Shown in pieces: positions 18,300 to 38,237 of a stretch of DNA of 64,000 bases; within the stretch, counting starts at the first letter, position 1; each line of letters begins with the position of its first letter. The notes below the pieces were generated by a model. It was not told the origin of the DNA. It saw nothing but the letters and a program-made list of their open reading frames with translations, and did not search any database. Where the stretch lies: the NCBI GenBank assembly GCA_002269645.1, contig NIVC01000001.1, forward strand, positions 1,178,001 to 1,242,000, written 5' to 3'. The DNA is from Macrostomum lignano (Eukaryota). The translations under genes and the position numbers were made by a program.

Positions 18300-19431
18300 T
18301 TTATTCTAGTATCTGTGGTCAAACCCTGGCTTTGTCATTGCTAAGCAGTGTGGCGGCTCACGGAATCGAACCAAAGTCGAAAGCCTATTTTATAGCATAA
18401 GTAAAAAATGACAATTGGCTTCCCATAAATTCTGCCCGACCTATCCGCCCAAATTAGGGAAAGTTATCAATGAATCGACATTTCTTTAAGAAGAAAATCG
18501 TACTCGTAATAGCTACGGCATGACACCCCGAATTGCTTGTGAAAATGTATTCAGAGCACGTACTGCTACGAGCATAAAAATATATTCCGACTTCATGGAG
18601 GCCCGAGTATAATAGAAGTACATTGTCAGCACTGCAATTCTAGCGTCCAGCAGCTTGAGTAGACAATGAGCTACGTGATTAAAACAATGGTAGATTAGTG
18701 TGTAGCTGAGTTAAGTAATGGCCGAAATACGATCGCGCGTTTCCTGCCTATTGTTTAACAAAGCTGCGCTGTACATTTACTCGTTTTTCGCTCAGCAAAG
18801 AAGTCATTATTCCACGCTCATTTCACGCTGATGCATAGTTAAGGAGGGGAGGTTAGTTACTACAGGTGTGAAAGCAGTCGCATGAGGAACTGCGTACATG
18901 GGCAGCAACTGCAAAATAATGGGAGGGGCAAAACTAATTGCTCTTGTGTCCAGGTGAAAAGCATTTCATGTCAAAGATGACAAAGAATAAGCGTGTGAAG
19001 TTTTGTGTGTCTTTGCTTTTAAACTGTTTATCGTTTTAAATTTGTTTGTTAATACACAAAACTTGGTACAACCCTCGTCGTTACCATAGTTGCCTGGAAA
19101 CAAACTACGCCTCGGCACCATAGCCATATGTCCCTGATCCAAAGTCTGTCTTACAGTCTGCTCAACTACAGTTGCTTCTAGCATGAGCTTGTCTAGAGCA
19201 GAGTAAATAATCTGCCTGCATATCATATGACATTAAATAGCCAGGCTTGACAAAATTAGTAAGCAGCCTCCTTAGATGCCTCCTTCTTTGCGCCTAAGAA
19301 TCACTGTCTGCAGCTCTGATAGTCATTAAAATAATTCGATTTCTGCTTATGCAGCTTCAGTTTTCTGCCTTTAATTATCCTATTCTGATCCAGCAAGCAA
19401 GGATTAATAATAATATAGTCCTGAATTCACA

Positions 19432-20560
19432 TGGGCTAGATTAGCAATCCATTCTATTCCTGCATCCTTGTGGGCTAGATTAGCAATCCATTCTATTCCT
19501 GCATCCTTGTGGGCTAGATTAGCAATCCATTCTATTCCTGCATCCTTGTGGGCTAGATTAGCAATCCATTCTATTCCTGCATCCTTGTGGGATAGATTAG
19601 CAATCCATTCTATTCTTGCATCCTTGTGGGCTAGATTAGCAATCCATTCTATTCTTGCATCATTGTGGGCTAGATTAGCAATCCATTCTATTCCTGCATC
19701 CTTGTGGGCTAGATTAGCAATCCATTCTATTCTTGCATCCTTGTGGGCTAGATTAGCAATCCATTCTATTCCTGCATCCTTGTGGGCTAGATTAGCAATC
19801 CATTCTATTCCTGCATCCTTGTGGGCTAGATTAGCAATCCATTCTATTCTTGCATCCTTGTGGGCTAGATTAGCAATCCATTCTATTCTTGCATCCTTGT
19901 GGGCTAGATTAGCAATCCATTCTATTCCTGCATCCTTGTGGGCTAGATTAGCAATCCATTCTATTCCTGCATCCTTGTGGGCTAGATTAGCAATCCATTC
20001 TATTCTTGCATCCTTGTGGGCTAGATTAGCAATCCATTCTATTCCTGCATCCTTGTGGGCTAGATTAGCAATCCATTCTATTCCTGCATCCTTGTGGGCT
20101 AGATTAGCAATCCATTCTATTCTTGCATCCTTGTGGGCTAGATTAGCAATCCATTCTATTCTTGCATCCTTGTGGGCTAGATTAGCAATCCATTCTATTC
20201 CTGCATCCTTGTGGGCTAGATTAGCAATCCATTGTATTCCTGCATCCTTGTGGGCTAGATTAGCAATCCATTCTATTCCTGTATCCTTGTGGGCTAGATT
20301 AGCAATCCACTCTATTCCTGCATCCTTGTGGGCTAGATTAGCAATCCATTCTATTCCTGCATCCTTGTGGGCTAGATTAGCAATCCATTCTATTCTTGCA
20401 TCCTTGTGGGCTAGATTAGCAATCCATTGTATTCCTGCATCCTTGTGGGCTAGATTAGCAATCCATTCTATTCTTGCATCCTTGTGGGCTAGATTAGCAA
20501 TCCATTCTATTCTTGCATCCTTGTGGGCTAGATTAGCAATCCATTCTATTCTTGCATCAT
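19432..20560. repeat. 39-bp satellite array just upstream of XPG
   Basis: Unit TGGGCTAGATTAGCAATCCATTCTATTCCTGCATCCTTG; explains ORF 19468..20571. Confidence 0.95.
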
Positions 20561-20666
20561 TATTAGTGTAAACAACTGAAGATTGTCAGTTGATATTCTC
20601 AAGAGTTTCCGATCACTCTACAGCCCAGCATGCGTCACTATTTACCGTTCCAGCTCTCGAGTCCGC

Positions 20667-27951
<7,285 letters not shown>

Positions 27952-28171
27952 CTTGTACTTTTATCCAACCAGCGTGCTTATATTTTCAATGGTTCCGGTA
28001 CATGCCAAGCTTATGCGCATTTTTCGTAATACAAAATACAATGCATGATATTTGACCGCTTGAATGCGTGTGATTGAAGCTGTTTTATTCCTCCGTCTGT
28101 ATTTTAGCGGGCGTGAATTCGGTCAGCCAAATGCTTATGAGAATTTTTTTCTGTTGTTTTTTGGGGCACAT

Positions 28172-29478
28172 GCAGATTAGCAATCCACTCTATTCCTGCA
28201 TCCTTGTGGGCTAGATTAGCAATCCATTGTATTCCTGCATCCTTGTGGGCTAGATTAGCAATCCATTCTATTCCTGCATCCTCGTGGGCTAGATTAGAAA
28301 TCCATTATATTCCTGCATCCTTGTGGGCTAGATTAGCAATCCATTCTATTCCTGAATCCTTGTGGGCTAGATTAGCAATCCATTCTATTCCTGCATCTTT
28401 GTGGGCTAGATTAGCAATCCATTATATTCCTGCATCCTTGTGGGCTGGATTAGCAATCCATTCTATTCCTGCATCCTTGTGGGCTAGATTAGCAATCCAT
28501 TCTATTCCTGAATCCTTGTGGGCTAGATTAGCAATCCATTCTATTCCTGCATCCTTGTGGGCTAGATTAGCAATCCATTCTATTCCTGAATCCTTGTGGG
28601 CTAGATTAGCAATCCATTCTATTCCTGCATCCTTGTGGGCTAGATTAGCAATCCATTCTATTCCTGCATCCTTGTGGGCTAGATTAGCAATCCATTCTAT
28701 TCCTGCATCCTTGTGGGCTAGATTAGCAATCCATTATATTCCTGCATCCTTGTGGGCTAGATTAGCAATCCATTATATTCCTGCATCCTTGTGGGCTAGA
28801 TTAGCAATCCATTCTATTCCTGCATCCTTGTGGGCTAGATTAGCAATCCATTCTATTCCTGAATCCTTGTGGGCTAGATTAGCAATCCATTCTATTCCTG
28901 CATCCTTGTGGGCTAGATTAGCAATCCATTATATTCCTGCATCCTTGTGGGCTAGATTAGCAATCCATTCTATTCCTGCATCCTTGTGGGCTAGATTAGC
29001 AATCCATTCTATTCCTGAATCCTTGTGGGCTAGATTAGCAATCCATTCTATTCCTGCATCCTTGTGGGCTAGATTAGCAATCCATTCTATTCCTGCATCC
29101 TTGTGGGCTAGATTAGCAATCCATTCTATTCCTGCATCCTTGTGGGCTAGATTAGCAATCCATTCTATTCCTGAATCCTTGTGGGCTAGATTAGCAATCC
29201 ATTCTATTCCTGCATCCTTGTGGGCTAGATTAGCAATCCATTATATTCCTGCATCCTTGTGGGCTAGATTAGCAATCCATTCTATTCCTGCATCCTTGTG
29301 GGCTAGATTAGCAATCCATTATATTCCTGCATCCTTGTGGGCTAGATTAGCAATCCATTCTATTCCTGCATCCTTGTGGGCTAGATTAGCAATCCATTCT
29401 ATTCCTGCATCCTTGTGGGCTAGATTAGCAATCCATTCTATTCCTGCATCCTTGTGGGCTAGATTAGCAATCCATTAG
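28172..29478. repeat. 39-bp satellite array just downstream of XPG
   Basis: Same unit and orientation as 19432-20560. Confidence 0.95.
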
Positions 29479-30049
29479 CATACCAGATTAGCAAGGAGCA
29501 AAAGTTGGTGAACATAATTTATCTGAATATTCAGATGCAACATTAAATTAAATGATTCTGTTTATTTGTCACAACAGAGGTGTGAAAAGGAAAAAAGTGG
29601 AACCGTGTGGATTTGAATTAGAAAACATTGAATTTGAAGCCTTTAAAGTTTAGCATTTAAAGCTTCTACGTTTGTAGTTGAATATCGCAGCAGGAAAGCA
29701 CCGTGAATTGATTACAGAACTGGCTGCAGTTATATTAACGAATGTACATTAAGTGAATTGGCTAGATTATTAATATTATACTCGTACATTGTGTGTCTGG
29801 GTTGTTGGGCAGATGTACAACTATATATATATATTCCTATATTTGGAATTCTACTCATAGTAGTAATGAATAGCTACTGTGATAGATGGCCAGACAACAG
29901 AATGATAAGACTGATAAAAGCAGTGCCAATAGCTTGATTAAAATAATTTTATAAAGCAGCAAGCAAAATATTCGATATTTGCCAGCAGCCGAAGAAGTCT
30001 GCAGGCTCTTTGAGCAATTTTTAAGCACGCGTCTGATGAATAGACCCTA

Positions 30050-30175
30050 CTAGAGATACTAGACCCTACTCAGGGATACTAGACCCTACTCAGAGTTACT
30101 AAAACCTACTCAGAGATACTCGACCCTAGTCAGAGATACTAGCTAGTCAGAGATACTCAGAGCTAGACCCAGTAG
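30050..30175. repeat. 20-bp tandem repeat
   Basis: AGAGATACTAGACCCTACTC. Confidence 0.75.
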
Positions 30176-30275
30176 TATCTACTTGCAAGTACTCAAATCC
30201 CAAACGAGTTGCATGTAATAGATTAGCAGTCCTTAATTACGAGTAAAAGACAATAAATAACTCTGCACCAGCCAA

Positions 30276-31897
30276 TCAGGAAGTGCCAGGCTTGGTCTCA
30301 GTGAAGCTGGTGTGCCCAGTAGACTTGGCGTGCTGTCTGGCCTCAGCTTCTCCCCTCAGATAGACGCCGCAGTCGCCGCATCGCAGCTGAAATTTCGACA
30401 TGTCGGTGAACTGGCCGGCCGACTTGGCCTCCTTGCCGAGCTCCAGAGCTTTGGCGTCCACCGGTTCGTCGCTAACTGGAAATCGAGTTGTCAATCCGCC
30501 TGCGCCTTCCAGGGTTTCCATGGCAACAGCGTCGTAGTGAATGCCGTCGTAGATAAGGAAGATTTTATGGACGGCATTCTCGGCTGGGTAGGAGTCCATG
30601 CGGCCCGTCTGGGTGTCGATAACGTTGATTTGAACGCCGAGCCGGCGGCACAGAATCGACAGCTCAATGGCGCCGCCCCAGCTGTTTGGCGACAGAATCC
30701 ACTGGCAGTAGGCGGGGTTCTCGCGGTCCAGGAAGGCGGCCGTGTAGGTGGCCGGGTCCGCTGACACCTGGTGCGATCGTGGGAGGCGTTGCGGTGACTT
30801 TTAATGAGTTGTGTGGATTGGGAAGAATCCGTAACAGCATGGGAAGAATCTGTGAAGCAGGAAGAATCTGTGAATCAGGAAGAATCTGTGAATCAGGAAG
30901 AATCCGTAACAGCATGGGAAGAATCTGTGAATCAAGAAGAATCTGTGAAGCAGGAAGAATCTGTGAATCAGGAAGAATCTGTGAATCAGGAAGAATCTGT
31001 GAATCAGGAAGAATCTGTGAATCAGGAAGAATCTGTGAATCAGGAAGAATCTGTGAATCAGGAAGAATCTGTGAATCAGGAAGAATCTGTGAATAAGGAA
31101 GAATCTGTGAATCAGGAAGAATCTGTGAATAAGGAAGAATCTGTGAATATGGAAGAACATGTGAATCAGGAAGAATCTGTGAATAAGGAAGAACATGTGA
31201 ATCAGGAAGAATCTGTGAATAAGGAAGAATCTGTGAATATGGAAGAACATGTGAATCAGGAAGAATCTGTGAATAAGGAAGAACATGTGAATCAGGAAGA
31301 ATCTGTGAATCAGGAAGAATCTGTGAATCAGGAAGAACATGTGAATCAGGAAGAACATGTGAATCAGGAAGAATCTGTGAATCTGAAAAAAATGTGAATA
31401 AGGAAGAACCTAAATCAGATTTCAGCACAGCAGGGCAGCCTCACCGCTTGCGCAATGGCCTGCCGCATTGGAGCAGCTGAGTCTAGATCAACCGCAGCCC
31501 GATTAGACACGCAGAAGTCGATAGCCAGGAACAGGCAAGAGTTATTAGCCGGGATAGTTTGCACAGAGAGAAACCCGGCTCCGGACTCAACTTGGCTGCT
31601 CAGCACCGAGTCCAATTGAGCAGCTTTCTCTCGCTGCCACTGAGTGCTCCGTTTAGCTTCAACAATGAGAGCCTCGCCGCTGGTCAGGCCCAGACTGGAC
31701 AGAGTGCTGGCTGGCTGGCTCAGGTCCAGCGGCTTGGGCGGGTAGCCGAATTTCACGTGCAGCTCGTGATCCCGGCCGATCTTGGCCGCTGAGTAGATTG
31801 CTTCGGCTAAGTCGCCGGCCGAACTGCCGGGCGTCAGGCTGTCCAGCGTCACCTGGCCGCCTGTGCTGATGCGACAACGAAGGCGCAGAGCCGCCAT
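30276..31897 (-). CDS. YOD1: OTU deubiquitinase OTU1/YOD1 (UBX-like domain, OTU, C2H2 zinc finger)
   Basis: Exons 31897-31445 and 30767-30276, phase 0. MAALRLRCR, KFGYPPKPL, PANNSCLF (catalytic Cys), WGGAIELSIL, GIHYD (His), CGDC..HAKSTGH. Confidence 0.93.
30815..31410. repeat. 18-bp minisatellite in the YOD1 intron
   Basis: AATCAGGAAGAATCTGTG. Confidence 0.9.
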
Positions 31898-31954
31898 TAA
31901 GGTGTGACTGTCGGTTGCTGAAACACGGGTAGAAAAGGTCAAAAGGGGCAGGCA

Positions 31955-32435
31955 GTTCACTGAATGGTCAGATGAGGCTGGCACTTCATTGAATGGTTAG
32001 AGGAGACTGAAAGTTCACTGAATGGTCAGAGGAGGCTGGCACTTCACTGAATGGTCAAAGGAGGCTGGCACTTCATTGAATGGTTAGGAGACTGAAAGTT
32101 CACTGAATGGTCAGAAGAGGCTGGCAGTTCACTGAATGGTCAGAGGAGGCTGGCACTTCACTGAATGGTCAGAGGAGGCTGGCACTTCATTGAATGGTTA
32201 GAGGAGACTGAAAGTTCACTGAATGGTCAGAGGAGGCTGGCAGTTCACTGAATGGTCAGAGGAGGCTGGCACTTCATTGAATGGTTAGAGGAGACTGAAA
32301 GTTCACTGAATGGTCAGAGGAGGCTGGCAGTTCACTGAATGGTCAGAGGAGGCTGGAAGTTCACTGAATGGTCAGAGGAGGCTGGAAGTTCACTGAAAGG
32401 CTAGAAGAGGCTGGCAGTTCACTGAAAGGCCAGAG
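31955..32435. repeat. ~29-bp minisatellite
   Basis: TTCACTGAATGGTCAGAGGAGGCTGGCAC. Confidence 0.9.
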
Positions 32436-32835
32436 GATACCTTTGTGGCATAAAAATGAAATTTTGCACTTAATTCCACATATGGCTTGCATGGTTGTCA
32501 AGGAGTAGTATTAGCTGAGTAGTATTAATCCCTTATATATTTGAGCTCACTAAGTATCTCATTGATTATAAAAAACTCAAGACACGCACATAGAGACAAA
32601 TTCGAATACAAAATGAGTTAGAGACAGGTGTTAGATGTCCCACTTCAGTCACAGACATTCCTAAGTCCCTAAATATTAAGACAAAGAAGCAACAAGTAAA
32701 AAAGCACGTTTGCTATACTACTATTATAAGTAACTTAAGTAGAAAAGCATAGCAAAGTCACGCAAAGCTAGGTAAGTCCGTCCCATATCTAGCCTTAAAC
32801 TGAATAGCTCGTAATTATAATAATTATTTAATCAA

Positions 32836-33804
32836 TTAATAATCATCGTCGTCTGAATCAATGGCAGCCCTGCGCCGGTCGAACTTGACATTCACAGACT
32901 TGCTGGAGCCGGAGCCGCCGGCCGATTCAAGTATCTGCTTCAGCTGCTCCTCGGACACTTTGTCCGCTATTTGGCCTGACCGGGCCATGGCTATCAGACG
33001 CTGTTCCACCTGGGGTAGGCAGTTGTGAGCATTATTCGATTAATGTTTAATTAGTATGGAAAAAATGCGTTCGACTACTCTTCTTCAGTAGGAAATTTTG
33101 CGCTTTTTTACGATCTGCATGAATATGATAGAAAAATTAAAAATCTATTTACTTTCTAAAAGACATTTAAAGTTTTTAAATTTTCAAAAATCGCCTCGCC
33201 TCCTCCTCTGTCTCCCATCTTTCTGTTTGCAGCTGCACCTAAATCATGTGCGTTGGCAAAGCGAGCAACCCCCCCCCCCCTAAACTGAGTTTCCTCCGCC
33301 TAACTTTATTCTCTCTCTTTACTGCTCTCTCATTGGCTGAGCCAGATTAGGCCTGCCCCCCTAAGCTGAGTTTCGATCGTCCAATTTTAACCTCTCTCCT
33401 TACTGCTCTCTCATTTGCTGAGCCAGATTGGGCCTGCCCCCCCCCCAAGCTGAGTTTCGATCGTCCAATATTGACCTCTCTCCTTACTGCTCTCTCATTG
33501 GCTGAGCCAGATTGGGCCTGCCCCATAGGCTGAGTTTCGATCGTCCAATTTCGACCTCTCTATACTGCTCTATCATTGGCTAGGACAGTCTGTAGGCAAT
33601 ATTAGCGTGTATTCTCACCAATGCAGCCTTCTCAGGCTTAGTCATAGCTAAAGTATTCAATCTTGCCCTGGCCGCCTGATCTAGGATTTGGCTCAGCATC
33701 ACATTCTTCATCTCAGCCCGCTGTTTCTCCTCTTCCTGACGCTGGCGCTGCTGCTCAGCCTGCTGGGCCAGCTGCTGCTGCTGCTGTTGAGAACTGTTTG
33801 ATGC
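32836..33804 (-). CDS. PDCD5: Programmed cell death protein 5, last two exons (first exon not located)
   Basis: Not in the ORF track. Exon 33804-33619 (..EMKNVMLSQILDQAARARLNTLAMTKPEKAAL) and exon 33009-32836 (VEQRLIAMARSGQIADKVSEEQLKQIL..VKFDRRRAAIDSDDDDY*), both phase 0. Confidence 0.92.
33280..33590. repeat. ~80-86-bp tandem repeat, 4 copies, in the PDCD5 intron
   Basis: CTGAGTTTCGATCGTCCAAT...CTCTCATTGGCTGAGCCAGATT. Confidence 0.8.
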
Positions 33805-36549
33805 CTGGAAATTAGCGATTGAAAATTTTAGATCATTCTATCCTGGTAATTTTTTAAACTATTTCCATTGGAACTACAAGCAAGAGGCTACCCTGTTATA
33901 ATCTACTTTGTATATTATAAAAGAGTAATAAGGCTTTTAGTTAGTTAAGTTTTTAGAGACAAAAAAACAATGTGTAATTTGGCCAAATGATGATAGCTAG
34001 CTAGGTTAAATTGTTATCAGATCCAAAGAGAACAACTCTGATATATATTTAAAATCTTATAAGTTATAACCCATATCTTTAAATGATCATATATCAATAC
34101 ATAATAGGCCAATATAAAAAGCAAAGTCATATATAAGAATGCAAAGTTATCATTTAAGATGAAAAATATTGCCACCAAAATTTGCATCAGTTAATACCAA
34201 CCTATAGCTTTTTGCCAAAATCAATGGTTGCTAGAATAGACATGATTATAACAAGCATAGGCATAGGTCTAGATATATACTCTTAAACTAAAGGGTTATA
34301 CCTATTTGTTGATATTTAATTTGTTAATAGGCCTAAAAATAAAATATAAGCAATTGGTAGAAGTCAAATTTGTCAATATAAAACTATTTGAACAAATTTG
34401 TCAACGAGGTAGACTTATTTAAAGTTATTTTTTAACTTATGCTAGTATTAATAAATTAATAGATGTTGATGAATTTGGTGGCACTTAGTGTTTGGAGCAA
34501 CATATAATGCAAATTTTTGTACCTACTGAACATTTTTATGCCTTAGTTTTTTAGAGGTTTATATGCAGCTATATTGCATGCATAACTAGATAAAAAAGCC
34601 ACCCATTTAATAATCTGCTTTCTATTTGCTATAACACTATAACATTTGCTATAACAACCACAAAAGAAGAGCAAAAACCAATTTTTCTTTCCATGAAATT
34701 TAAATTGGAATTTTTTGGTTGTTTTTTTGTTTTGGCTAGCTGTTTTATATTATTACATAAATGGTCACAAAGTAGAAACACAAGCTAGTTTAGTCATATC
34801 CTAACCCTAAAGCCTAAACAACATTCTAGAAAATTATTTGTTCTTTGAGGATTTTTGGCAGCTTGCTTACAAGAATCAAGGCAATATCCAAGCTAGCCAT
34901 TTTATCAGCTAATACATCTTCCATTTCAGCACTTCCTCAATAACTTGCTAGGCTTTTTCATCTCTTGCTTTTGAAAGTTTTTATGTTTTTTTACATATGG
35001 ATTTAATCTTTTTCTCATAGTTTTTAATGGCACCCAGTGGCTTTCAATGCACTATGACTAACGCTAAGCAGCAGCTGATTTGCTGACCCTTTCTCTTTTA
35101 GCTTTGTCTTCTCCTTCTCAACTAGCTTCTTTTTAAGACTAGGAATTTGTTTACACTTACAGTCTTGCTCTTCCACTTGAACTTCCAGAATGTTTTCAAT
35201 TTTCTAGCAAAATGGAAATTTGACTAGGCCTAATATTTTGTGCCACTCAGGGGTACAATAATTTATACCATTATTTTACATTTTGTGCATTTGCACCTGC
35301 TAGCACCAGATTTGTGCCTGGCAGAAATTTGTGCCTCACTCCAAATACTGGTCACAGTAAGTTGTAACAACATTGATGTCAACAAAAGATAGAAAGAGCA
35401 AAGGTGATAGTTTTGAGCTTTTTGGAAGAAAAGAAAACTTAAGGAATTGAGTATTTGGTATAGCTACATTTATTTACAGTAATGTATTATATATAACTGG
35501 AAAATTCTGGAAGTTTCATTAATTAAAACAAAGTGAATTGCATTCAATACTAATGTGTAATGTAATTTTACAATAAAAATACATTATTAAATTTGACTAG
35601 GCCTAGTACAAATTATGTATGACTATAGTCAGGATTTTAAAGTAAAATTAATATTTAATTAAATTAAAAGAAATTTATAGAATGAACTTTAACTTTGCAC
35701 TAAAAAGTATTTTCTAAAGATTCTATTCTAAAAATAAATCTAGTGTAGTGTACATGTGCTTTCTAAATTTGAATATGCTTTATACTACAATTTTGATAAT
35801 TTTGACTTTGATTGTTAAATATCCTAGGGACGTAAGCTTTCTAGAACCAAAAATGGTCAAGATTTTCATAATTCATAGTGAAACACAATACAAGTTTTGG
35901 AATTATTATTATTACATTAAATCATACAACACAAAATTAATTAAGTACTAACATGCGCAACTGCTGTAATGTAATTGTAGAGTAGTAGTAGTAAGTTTGG
36001 CTCAGGCAGGAAGCCTGTTTGGCCAGTATGAGTCAGTGTATTTAATAAAAATTCAAAAGTAGAAGGAAAACCAAGTGCATAAGTAGTTTTGCAATAATAT
36101 AGTATTTGAAAGAGCGCCTTAATTTTTCTATGAAACTTCGAATAATTTTTTGTAGATTTGTTTCCTATAAATTAGTTTGAACTTAACATTAAAATAAATA
36201 TTAATTCTAAGTCTACCTAAGTTTGTATAAGCACCTGTACTTCGTAAAAAATCTTTTTTAGTCATATAATTAAACTTTATAAGCTGTTATGTTTGCTGAT
36301 CGACATTTAGTATCAATAGTAAATTAAAAAATTCAAATCGACTCGACGAGGGAAGCTATATATATAGCTTTCAGACTGCTTTTTAAGAAGCTTCCTAGTT
36401 TTGCTCTTTATCTTTGACTTTGCCTTTGCCACTGTAAGGCTTTCCACACACACACACACAATTATAAATTAAGCATAAAAATCCAGACTATTGCATTAGA
36501 ACTAGCTATCATTGATTTTATCTTTTTCGTGAATAAAATCTTCTCAGCT

Positions 36550-37071
36550 ATGGATTCTTTATCGCTTCCAAGTGCTGTTCTTCACATAGTTAAAGCACTC
36601 GGTCTTCAGCCATTACCAATGGAAGGAGGATTCTATAAGGAAATGTTCCGAAGCCATAATACTGTGTCTTTCGCTGATTCTCTCCATGCTACAAGCACAA
36701 ACATCTACTATCTAATAACCAGCTCGCAATTTAGCCGTTGGCACAAGCTGCTTCAGGACGAAACCTGGTCCTATCTTGGAGGCACTTCAACAGCTACAAT
36801 GGATTTGATTTCACCTGATGGAAACCATAGTCAGGTCTTTTTTGGTGAATTGAATCGAGTGGCTCACAACAGCAGCAGCACACGGCAGCACACTCTATGC
36901 TTTACTGTGCCTGCAAAAACTTGGTTTACTGTACATTGTGATTCTACTGCTGAAGACACCTATGCACTCTTTTCGTGTGTTTGTGCACCTGGTTTTGAGT
37001 TCTCAGATGCTGAGTACTCTGACTCAGCTGCTTTGAGTAGAATTTTTCCAAACTGCAATGATATTTGTTAA
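36550..37071 (+). CDS. Intronless cupin_5/DUF985 (YML079W-like) protein
   Basis: LGLQPLPMEGGFYKEMFRS, STNIYYLI, FSRWHKL..DETW, FTVPAKTWF, YALFSCVCAPGFEFSD. ATG at 36550. Confidence 0.85.
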   Translation: MDSLSLPSAVLHIVKALGLQPLPMEGGFYKEMFRSHNTVSFADSLHATSTNIYYLITSSQFSRWHKLLQDETWSYLGGTSTATMDLISPDGNHSQVFFGELNRVAHNSSSTRQHTLCFTVPAKTWFTVHCDSTAEDTYALFSCVCAPGFEFSDAEYSDSAALSRIFPNCNDIC

Positions 37072-37885
37072 TTTTTACTGGAATTTAATTCTATTTTCTA
37101 CATGGTTTAACTTTTTTAGTTGTAGCTAGCCTAACTGTTACAGTTTTGGTTTTTAACCAGTTCTAAAGCTCTGTGAGTAAAGAACAATAAGCTCCAACAT
37201 TAAAATAGGCCTGTCACCTTCTCTTTACTCCCATTTTCATAGCCTTACTCCCATATCCAAATGTATTTAGTTAATTAAGCCTGTCCTTTTCTTTACTTCA
37301 TATATTAATAGTTAATAACATTGACAAAAATTATTTTTTGGATTTAGGAATTTTTCCATTTTTTATCATATTTACACAATATTTCATCTACTAGTTTTAG
37401 AATCTCTTGTTATATAGACTTTTTTAATTTTCTGTAATCATTCTTTCTAAATATATACCATATAGACCTTATTCAAAATATAAGGCTCTATCCTAAATGA
37501 AAGGCCTAATATATCAATTCAAATAGAAAAATCTTTGTCTTGTTAATTTTGCTACATGTATAAAGCCAGCAGCTATGCTGCTTGCAATCACAACAGAAAT
37601 ATGCTATCAAATCTTAGACCTATAAACAGCTTCACAGAGTGTATCTAAGACCTTTGGCTTTAGTTTAATTTGTGCTCCAACTTCTAGTTTTATTGTTTCA
37701 AATGTGTCATATGAAGTCTATCTGGAACTGAAGCCTTCCCAGTGAAATAGTGGGTTGGACTTGATATACACTTAGGCACCTGCAATATGATGACATCACA
37801 GATTACATGTAGGTTGGGTGCCATGCAGCATCTTTCTCCAGTAGTCATATGGCTGGGGCTCAATGTAGTTGAGCCTCATATATTT

Positions 37886-38237
37886 AAATAAAGCTTAAGA
37901 TCAACATTTATGGCGAAAACCAACGCGTTTCAACCCACTAGGGCCGTCGTCAGGGTATATTTTATTACTGAACGAAACACTCAATATAAATAAGCAAACG
38001 ATTGTACTATCTCAGGTGTCAAATTGAAAACGGGAGGGTAACCAATGTACGAAAACATAAAAAACTGGGGGTTGGAGTTAAGCGAGAATAATGAGAGAGA
38101 GAGAGAGAGAGAGAGAAGGCAAACAGATGTAAAAAAACAAAATGTACGCGCAACAAAAAATAGTCAAACTCAAAACATACTATGAATTAGACAAACGCGT
38201 TGGTTTTCGCCATAAATGTTGATCTTAAGCTTTATTT
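37886..38237. mobile_element. Penelope-like element remnant: inverted pLTR ends with a minimal hammerhead motif
   Basis: 45-bp inverted repeat at 37886-37930 and 38193-38237. Minus strand 37958-37915 reads ACC-CTGACGA-CGGCCC-TAGT-GGGTT-GAAACGCGTT-GGT. Confidence 0.7.
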
